Source: an uncultured Chloroflexota bacterium (GTDB lineage: Bacteria; Chloroflexota; UBA11872; VXNJ01). From it: a stretch of 64,000 nucleotides of DNA. A model generated the notes under the pieces. The model had not been told where the DNA came from, did no database searches, and saw only the letters and a program-made list of their open reading frames with translations. Shown here piece after piece: positions 9,826-17,088 of this stretch (its first letter is position 1; each line of letters begins with the position of its first letter). A program made the translations under genes and the position numbers. The DNA is taken from contig CAJWLF010000002.1 of NCBI GenBank assembly GCA_913043205.1, positions 109,206-173,205 on the forward strand. The letters are read 5' to 3'.

Positions 9826-11577
9826 TTGCGTACATTGTTGAGACTGCTCCAATATCAATTCCCATACAAGACATACACATTCTGGGGCATCCTAAGCCTC
9901 ATTGCAGCCAGCGCCGCAACAGGAGCAGCCCCTGCAGCTATTTCACGGGCCATTGATGACGGGATAGCCACTAGAGATTTAGACCAATTACTAGTTTTCA
10001 CAGCATTTGCCGCAGGTTTGTTCATGATTCGAGGATTCATGGCGGCAATATACAATTTTACTTGGCAATACGCTTCCCAGATCGTAGCACGTGATCTTAG
10101 AGACGAATTTTTCGCCCATTTACAGCGCCTTCCCCACAAATTCCACGACGGAGCAGACTCGGGCGATCTGATTTCTCGCGGGATCTCAGACATCGAGGCT
10201 GGTCGTATGGCTGGAGGCATGAGCCTGTATCGCCTGGTAGAAATAGTGGCAACGTATTTGGTAGTTATTTCGATAATGATAGCTACTCACGTGCAATTGA
10301 CTTTACTGACATTAGCAACCTTGCCTCTCATGATGATCATCACAATATATTTCAGCTATCAGCTAAGACTACGATGGTCTAGAGTTCAAGCTCAGCGAGC
10401 CATACTAACAAGCACTCTCACAGAAGCATTAACTGGAATTCGCGTAGTTAAAGCCTTCAATCAGGAAGAAGGTGAAATAGACAAATTCGAGCAGAATGCC
10501 AATGATTTATCCGTCTACGTACTCGACACATTAAAACAATTTGCCCTCTTTTTACCTGTATTGTTGTTTTTTTCGTCTGTAGGCACAGTTGTATTAATCT
10601 GGGCCGGATTCTCCCTCGTGTTAGACGGAAGCCTAGATCTAGGCACCATTGTCCAATTCAATATTTACGTCGTTAATTTGCTCAGGCCGACACGGATGAT
10701 TGGGCCAGTCGTACAACGACTCCAAAATGGTCTTGTGGCAGCAGAAAGAGTATTTGAAATACTCGACATAGACCCAGAAATCACCTCTCCACTGAAATCG
10801 ATCAAAAAACCAATTCATGGCAACATCCGATTTGATAATGTGAAATTTAGCTATGGTGACTCAACACCCGTGCTGAGCAATATCAACTTTGAACTCAAAG
10901 CAGGCAAGACCCTAGGAATAATTGGACCAACCGGCGCCGGCAAATCCACATTAGTAGGGCTAATACCCAGACTATATGAGGTAACAAGCGGTACGGTATT
11001 GCTAGATGGTGTTGAACTTTCCAGTTATGACCTGGAACACCTCCGCAATAATATCGCAATGGTGCCGCAAGACCCATTCCTTTTCACCAACTCCATCGGC
11101 AAAAACATAGCATTCGCGCGACCGAAGTCAGATTTAAAGCAAATAATATCGGCAGCTGTTCAAGCCCAAGCCGACCGATTTATTTCAAAGCTGGATGGTG
11201 ATTACGATACAGTCGTTGGAGAGAGGGGAGTCGGCTTGTCGGGAGGGCAACGACAACGATCCACGATAGCTAGAGCACTGATCATGAACGCCCCGATTTT
11301 AATTATGGACGACTGTACAGCCAGTGTGGACACAGAAACCGAACAGTTGATTCGAGATGGCTTAAAGCGAGAGCTCAATGCTAAGACACTAGTTGTAGTA
11401 GGACAAAGAGTCTCCAGTGTCAGACATTCCGACGAGATTCTGGTGCTGGACAAAGGCCGAATTGTTGAAAGAGGATCGCATAGTGAATTAATCACTTTGG
11501 ACGGACTATACGCTGAAATACACAGACTTCAATCCCCAGAGCAAGAAGCTGCCGTAGATGGTGCTCATTTGACATGA
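9826..11577 (+). CDS. ABC transporter ATP-binding protein/permease (type I exporter half-transporter, MsbA/MdlB-like)
   Basis: Six-TM N-terminal domain followed by an NBD with Walker A (GPTGAGKST), ABC signature (LSGGQRQR) and Walker B (ILIMDD). Confidence 0.9.
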   Translation: MRTLLRLLQYQFPYKTYTFWGILSLIAASAATGAAPAAISRAIDDGIATRDLDQLLVFTAFAAGLFMIRGFMAAIYNFTWQYASQIVARDLRDEFFAHLQRLPHKFHDGADSGDLISRGISDIEAGRMAGGMSLYRLVEIVATYLVVISIMIATHVQLTLLTLATLPLMMIITIYFSYQLRLRWSRVQAQRAILTSTLTEALTGIRVVKAFNQEEGEIDKFEQNANDLSVYVLDTLKQFALFLPVLLFFSSVGTVVLIWAGFSLVLDGSLDLGTIVQFNIYVVNLLRPTRMIGPVVQRLQNGLVAAERVFEILDIDPEITSPLKSIKKPIHGNIRFDNVKFSYGDSTPVLSNINFELKAGKTLGIIGPTGAGKSTLVGLIPRLYEVTSGTVLLDGVELSSYDLEHLRNNIAMVPQDPFLFTNSIGKNIAFARPKSDLKQIISAAVQAQADRFISKLDGDYDTVVGERGVGLSGGQRQRSTIARALIMNAPILIMDDCTASVDTETEQLIRDGLKRELNAKTLVVVGQRVSSVRHSDEILVLDKGRIVERGSHSELITLDGLYAEIHRLQSPEQEAAVDGAHLT

Positions 11578-13400
11578 TTCACTATCACCATGACATTAAT
11601 CAAGCTAGGGCCCCTTTCAACTGGAATTTGTTTCGACGGCTGTTCAGTTATGCAACTCGAAACAAAAGAAAGCTCATACTGGCTGCACTCCTTGCCTTAC
11701 TCGGAACTGCTGCCAATGTAGTGCAACCTATACTCGTGCAACGGGCTATAGATGAAGGCATCGGGCAAAACCAAACCGATCTACTGGTGACGCTCAGCGG
11801 TGTATATCTAGCATTATCGCTACTCGAAAATGGGGCTTTAGGACTTCAAATTTGGTTGATGTCCCAAGTAGGCCAGGGAGTGTTTTACAACCTCCGCATG
11901 GACCTGTTTCGCAAAATGCAGAATCTATCTATGGATTATCACGATCGCACAATAAGCGGGTCTATTATTTCACGATTCACTAGTGACATCACATCTCTAA
12001 ATGACATCCTCACAGAGGGGTTAGTTAGCACCATTACGGACCTAGTGTTAGTTTTCGGCGCCTTTGCAGTCATGATGTCTTACAGCTGGCAACTCGCATT
12101 AGCCACGTTAGTTATTGTTCCAGTTATGGTTTTCGGAGCAGGATTTTTCAGAGTCCGTGCAGCACGATCTTATAGAAGAGTGCGAGCACTCATGTCTGAA
12201 ACAAATGCAAATCTAGCCGAATCCATACTCGGGATACGAGTAACTCAAACATTTTCACGTGAACACGAGAATTCCAGATTGTTTGGCAAAGTGACTGAAG
12301 AGACTTTACAAGCTCACAAGAAAGCCAGGATGATTGGTGTGTCAGTAATCCCTGGTATCGATTTACTCCTAGCAATTTCCGTAGCTATAGTGTTGACTTA
12401 TGGAGGTAATTTGGTCCTAGGGGACAACAATATTGAACTAGGTGTAATCACAGCATTTCTTATCTATTTGCAACGACTGTTCCACCCATTGCAAGAACTC
12501 GGCACCCGGTTTGACTTACTACAGGCAGCTATGGCATCTGGGGAACGGGTGACAAGAATTCTTGATACTCCTGTTACCGTTCTAGATAGAGCAGATGCAC
12601 AAGATATCCCCCATATAAAAGGTAAGATCAAATATTCCAATGTCCATTTCGAATATCTCCCTGATGAACCCGTAATCAATGGAATTGCATTCGACGTTAA
12701 TCCCGGTAACACTCTGGCACTTGTTGGTGCAACAGGAGCTGGAAAATCAACAATTATCAACCTGTTATTCCGTTTTTATGACATAAACAAAGGGTCCATT
12801 GAAATTGATGGTATAGACATTAGAAAGGTCACTCAACAGTCATTGCGTTCCAAGATGGCACTGGTCCTACAGGACCCATTCTTATTTAAAGGGACCATCC
12901 GAGAGAACATTGCATATGGCAACCCAGATGCGTCAAATTATGAAATTGAGGAGGCCGCCAAAGCCGTGCATCTACATGACACTATAATGAACATGGATTT
13001 TGGTTATGATACTTCTGTAGCAGAACGTGGTGGCAGATTGTCAATGGGGCAACGCCAGTTGGTTTCATTTGCACGGGCCTTGTTGACCAATCCTCAAATC
13101 CTAGTGTTGGACGAAGCCACGAGCAGTGTGGATACACAAACCGAAGCCCTTGTCCAACAAGCACTCGAAACTCTCTTGGAAAACCGCACGGCTATCGTAA
13201 TTGCACACCGTTTATCTACTGTACGCATGGCAGATGAAATATTGGTTCTGGATGCAGGAAAAATCATAGAACGCGGAACCCACAGTGATTTGGTGTCAGC
13301 AGGCGGACACTATCAACGTATGCACGAATTAGGATTTGATCTGTCTGACGAAGATATTGCAGAACGCCTTCAGTCAGGTAAAACAAGTCGTCTCTCTTAA
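11574..13400 (+). CDS. ABC transporter ATP-binding protein/permease (second half-transporter of a heterodimeric exporter)
   Basis: TMD plus NBD with Walker A (GATGAGKST), a degenerate signature (LSMGQRQL) and Walker B (ILVLDEATS). Overlaps the upstream partner by 4 nt (ATGA), as expected for a heterodimer pair. Confidence 0.9.
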   Translation: MIHYHHDINQARAPFNWNLFRRLFSYATRNKRKLILAALLALLGTAANVVQPILVQRAIDEGIGQNQTDLLVTLSGVYLALSLLENGALGLQIWLMSQVGQGVFYNLRMDLFRKMQNLSMDYHDRTISGSIISRFTSDITSLNDILTEGLVSTITDLVLVFGAFAVMMSYSWQLALATLVIVPVMVFGAGFFRVRAARSYRRVRALMSETNANLAESILGIRVTQTFSREHENSRLFGKVTEETLQAHKKARMIGVSVIPGIDLLLAISVAIVLTYGGNLVLGDNNIELGVITAFLIYLQRLFHPLQELGTRFDLLQAAMASGERVTRILDTPVTVLDRADAQDIPHIKGKIKYSNVHFEYLPDEPVINGIAFDVNPGNTLALVGATGAGKSTIINLLFRFYDINKGSIEIDGIDIRKVTQQSLRSKMALVLQDPFLFKGTIRENIAYGNPDASNYEIEEAAKAVHLHDTIMNMDFGYDTSVAERGGRLSMGQRQLVSFARALLTNPQILVLDEATSSVDTQTEALVQQALETLLENRTAIVIAHRLSTVRMADEILVLDAGKIIERGTHSDLVSAGGHYQRMHELGFDLSDEDIAERLQSGKTSRLS

Positions 13401-13746
13401 CCCCACAAAAACACGAATTCTAAGATTCATGGGGAACTTAACTGACAAAAAGATCTATTGTCATATAGTTCACAGTTTAAAAATAGGACGCCCCACCGTC
13501 GCCGGCCTGCGCTATATGCCTGTTCCCTGGGCAACCAGGTGGGTGCCCGCGGCCGACAAAGACGACTGCGAAAGCCGTCTGAGCCACCAGCTAAGCTCCC
13601 ATATTAGATCTGTTGGAACATAAGCCAAAAGCAGGTTGTCGAACGAGGTCGGACATCCTACAACCATTATGACGGATAACACAACTATCGGAAAGTGTGA
13701 TTAACAAGCCATCAACAATATTTGTGAGGTAAGCCCGATATAAAGA

Positions 13747-15588
13747 TTAATTTCCCGATTCTTTATCAACTATTCTTATGTGAAGCTCTGCTAATTGGCT
13801 TTCAGTGACAGCCGACGGAGCCGCTTGAGCTAGATCTTGCCCATCCTGAGTCTTAGGAAATGCAACCACTTCTCTAATGTTGTCAGTTCGGCAAAGAATC
13901 ATCAGTAGCCGGTCAATCCCCATAGCTATACCACCATGGGGAGGTACACCGAAATCAAAAGCTTGCAACATAGAACCAAAGTTATGTTCTATTTCATCCT
14001 CGGAATACCCAAGCAATTCAAATATCCTACGCTGCAATCCCTCATTAGTTATGCGAATGCTGCCACCGCCAACTTCACTTCCATTACATACCAGATCGTA
14101 TTGCCTCGATTTCGCACATAATGGGTCGACCTCTAATAGCGTTTCATCCCCTGGCCTAATCCCGCAAAATGGATTGTGAGAAAATGTTAATCGGTCCTGA
14201 CCTTCAACCTTGTCTAATAGCGGAAAATCCTTAATCCAACAAAACGCGATTTCATCTGGTGATCTCAATTCCAGTTGGTCGGCAACCTTCCTCCGTATTC
14301 CATCCAAGGCAGCATTAGTGACTCGAACTTCATCAGCGACTATCAAGGCTAGATCACCATCTTCTAATCGAAGTCTCTCTACTATCTTATTGAACACATC
14401 ATCATCAATAAATTTCTGCAATGAACTATTGTACTGACCTTCGTATCTGGCTACCGTTATGGCTCCCTTAGCCCCATTATTACGAGCTTCTTCTATAAAA
14501 ACATCGGTCTGCTTCCGAGAATAACCACTACATCCCGGTGCTACAACAGCCTTGATTATTCCATCCGATGCTGTTGTTTCATCGAATGCTCGAAAGCCTG
14601 TCGCAGAACAAATATCGGTCAAATCAATCAACTCAAGTCCAAAGCGAAGATCCGGTCGATCGGTACCATATCGATCCATTGCATCTTCGTAACTCAACTG
14701 AGGGATTCCGTCGTTTACAACGCTCATGTCGCTAAATTCGGCAACAATCTTGAGGTATAAATTTTCAATTAAACCCATTACGTCAGATTCTTCGACGAAG
14801 GACATCTCAATGTCAAGCTGGGTATGTTCAATAACTCGATCAGCCCGGGGATCTTCGTCTCGAAAAGCTCGTGCTATCTGAAAATATCGATCCAGCCCAG
14901 CAATCATTAAAAGCTGCTTCATCTGCTGGGGAGATTGTGGAAGAGCATAAAATTGCCCCGGCCTGAGACGACTGGGCACCAAAAAATCTCTTGCTCCCTC
15001 CGGAGTGCTTTTGACAAGTATCGGTGTTTCTACTTCGACAAATTCAGCAGTGTCTAGGAAGTCCCTCATAAACTTGACAACACGATGCCTGAGTATGATG
15101 TTGTCCCTCTGTTTATCACGACGTAAATCAAGATATCGGTATCTAAGCCGTAAAGACTCGTCCACATCCTGCTGTTCGTTAATGTAGAACGGCGGCGTTT
15201 TGGACTCCGATAAAATTTGCAGTTCCTGCACTAGCAACTCTATGTGTCCAGTTGCAATAGATTCATTGATAGTGCCAGAAGGACGCTCAACTATCAGTCC
15301 TGTAACAGCTATCACATATTCAACACGCAGGTCACCGGCCATCTCATGACTATAGGGATACAACTCTGGATTGAACACAATCTGAGTCAGACCGTACCTA
15401 TCTCTCAAGTCGATAAATATAAGTCCACCATGGTCTCGTCTCCTATGGACCCATCCATTCAATATTACCGTTGAGCCAATATCATCCTTGTTCAATACAT
15501 TGCAGTTATGAGTACGTTTCAGTGTAAATCTCCCGATTACAAGACATCTGAAAGGCATTATCCTATGCAGCCGAGCAGCACCCAGCAT
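13747..15588 (-). CDS. aspS: aspartate--tRNA ligase
   Basis: OB-fold start (LNGWVHRRRDHGGLIFIDLRDRYG), class II motifs (FRDEDPRADRVIEHTQLDIEMSF; GGGSIRI) and the GAD insertion domain. The true start is probably a few codons inside the ORF-track start (around 15540-15560). Confidence 0.9.
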   Translation of the reverse strand: MLGAARLHRIMPFRCLVIGRFTLKRTHNCNVLNKDDIGSTVILNGWVHRRRDHGGLIFIDLRDRYGLTQIVFNPELYPYSHEMAGDLRVEYVIAVTGLIVERPSGTINESIATGHIELLVQELQILSESKTPPFYINEQQDVDESLRLRYRYLDLRRDKQRDNIILRHRVVKFMRDFLDTAEFVEVETPILVKSTPEGARDFLVPSRLRPGQFYALPQSPQQMKQLLMIAGLDRYFQIARAFRDEDPRADRVIEHTQLDIEMSFVEESDVMGLIENLYLKIVAEFSDMSVVNDGIPQLSYEDAMDRYGTDRPDLRFGLELIDLTDICSATGFRAFDETTASDGIIKAVVAPGCSGYSRKQTDVFIEEARNNGAKGAITVARYEGQYNSSLQKFIDDDVFNKIVERLRLEDGDLALIVADEVRVTNAALDGIRRKVADQLELRSPDEIAFCWIKDFPLLDKVEGQDRLTFSHNPFCGIRPGDETLLEVDPLCAKSRQYDLVCNGSEVGGGSIRITNEGLQRRIFELLGYSEDEIEHNFGSMLQAFDFGVPPHGGIAMGIDRLLMILCRTDNIREVVAFPKTQDGQDLAQAAPSAVTESQLAELHIRIVDKESGN

Positions 15589-15599
15589 AGTGACAGCAA

Positions 15600-16220
15600 T
15601 CAGAAATCAGATGCTTTCTCCAAAAACTTTACACAATACGCACGATATTGACGAAAATTGGAACCATGCTCACGAGGCTCATGCCGTTCTAATTCCCTTA
15701 ACATCGAATCTTCACCAGATGCGATCAGCTTAGCTTTATATAGTGCATAGGCTGATTCCGGATGCGACTGCCGCAGATAATTAAATATAGATCCTGATGT
15801 CCTTTCAAAACGAGCAGTCGCTTCAGAATCCCGTGTAAAACTTTCAATTTCTCTAAGTGGACGCTTTCGGCCATGCCCCAATCGATGATCTACCTCATCA
15901 AGCATGTGTCCGTACTCACCAAGAATACTACGCAACTTACTAGCAAATTCGCTTAAACTTATTTCTCCCAAATCAGTGCTCGGACTAGACAGTGACTCTT
16001 CAACAGAGTCCCAATCTATATTAATTTGGGGATATAGCTCATGAAACTCATCTTTAAATTGAGCAGTTATTGTTGGATCCGCTCCCAAGTACGCCAGAAA
16101 TCGTGATGAACTCCGTAGTTCGTCTGAATCGCCATCAACAAGCCAGGCCACTCTGATTGTTCGCACCTTCCCACTGGGTAGGGTACGCTCTTCTCCACGC
16201 CACTCTACCTGAACACCCAT
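15600..16220 (-). CDS. hypothetical protein (206 aa, no recognisable family)
   Basis: Intact ORF packed between infC (17-bp gap) and aspS (11-bp gap) on the same strand. It is acidic/charged with no TM segments and I recognise no motifs. Confidence 0.55.
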   Translation of the reverse strand: MGVQVEWRGEERTLPSGKVRTIRVAWLVDGDSDELRSSSRFLAYLGADPTITAQFKDEFHELYPQINIDWDSVEESLSSPSTDLGEISLSEFASKLRSILGEYGHMLDEVDHRLGHGRKRPLREIESFTRDSEATARFERTSGSIFNYLRQSHPESAYALYKAKLIASGEDSMLRELERHEPREHGSNFRQYRAYCVKFLEKASDF

Positions 16221-16237
16221 ATGACTATCCTGTCACC

Positions 16238-16768
16238 CTATCTGCGTCGCGACCTGTTATTTTCATTCGCATTTTTCCCAGTATCACCTGCCCCAGCGGA
16301 TTTTGCTGATATTAGGGTGACCGCAAATTGGTTAGGACCTTCGGCAATAATAGGCCTCTCTACTACAGCTACACCAGAAAGAAGATCAACAACTTTGCTT
16401 AAGAGCTGAGCAGACAGTTCTGGGTAAATTCGCTGACGGCCACGCATACGTACTACTGCCTTCACCCTTAACCCTTGTTGTATAAACTTTTCCATCCTGT
16501 TCACCTTAGTGCGGATGTCATGCTCACTAGTGACCGGCGTAAAGCGCACTATCTTTAGTTCCCCTGAACGGGATGCCCGTTGATGCTTACGTCCCTGACG
16601 CTCTTTGCGACTTTGCTGGTATTTATACTTGCCGTAATCAAGCAGCTTCGCCACAGGTGGCTTCGCATTAGGAGATACTTCGACCAAGTCAAGATCTCTA
16701 TCTTGTGCCATGGCGAGAGCCTCTACCGTAGGTATCACACCTACTGATTCATTCTTGTCGTCGATCAA
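16238..16768 (-). CDS. infC: translation initiation factor IF-3; the reading frame stays open upstream to an in-frame ATT at 16853-16855, the probable AUU start
   Basis: Clear IF-3 N- and C-domains (VIPTVEALAMAQDRDLDLVEVSPNAKPPVAKLLDYGKYKY...). The ORF-track start is a TTG, and the upstream in-frame translation ...IHKNIGSSAIAKEADELRINERIRIREVHLIDD carries the conserved IF-3 N-terminal motif (INE.IR..EVRLID). Confidence 0.9.
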   Translation of the reverse strand: MIDDKNESVGVIPTVEALAMAQDRDLDLVEVSPNAKPPVAKLLDYGKYKYQQSRKERQGRKHQRASRSGELKIVRFTPVTSEHDIRTKVNRMEKFIQQGLRVKAVVRMRGRQRIYPELSAQLLSKVVDLLSGVAVVERPIIAEGPNQFAVTLISAKSAGAGDTGKNANENNRSRRR

Positions 16769-16966
16769 ATGAACTTCTCTTATACGTATCCGCTCATTGA
16801 TTCTTAGTTCGTCTGCTTCCTTCGCTATAGCACTACTTCCTATGTTTTTGTGAATACCAGGATTTCCCTGTATTTAGCATGCAAGAATCAAAAATAATAT
16901 CTTGCTCCACATTTATCCAGTGTTAAAGATAACAATAATTGTAAATCCCATCGACAGTATCTCACA

Positions 16967-17005
16967 CAAGATGTATATAATCACTGATGTAAAGCATACA
17001 TCTTG
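16967..17005. promoter_or_regulatory. perfect 10-bp inverted repeat (CAAGATGTAT-19 nt-ATACATCTTG) containing a TATAAT -10-like hexamer; candidate operator/promoter in the infC / 17089-gene intergenic region
   Basis: Read directly from the sequence. The arms are at 16967-16976 and 16996-17005, with TATAAT at 16974-16979. Confidence 0.35.
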
Positions 17006-17088
17006 GATACCACTTCAGCTCACCAAATAGGAAGCAGATAGTTCTCCAAGAGAACCAAAGCTAGTTCCCACCTATTGGAAGGCAATCA

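Noticed and set aside
8498-10220. Antisense and alternative-frame ORFs inside large genes (for example 8498-8860 in uvrC, 9855-10220 in the ABC exporter, 45014-45478 in the adaptor gene)
   Set aside because: They lie entirely within strongly supported coding regions on the other strand or frame. They are low complexity with no family resemblance and are typical shadow ORFs.
13336-13623. 95-aa ORF in the ABC-exporter/aspS intergenic region
   Set aside because: It overlaps the 3' end of the ABC gene in another frame. It has no SD, an odd composition and no family resemblance. The region looks more like structured non-coding sequence (see the finding at 13480-13620).
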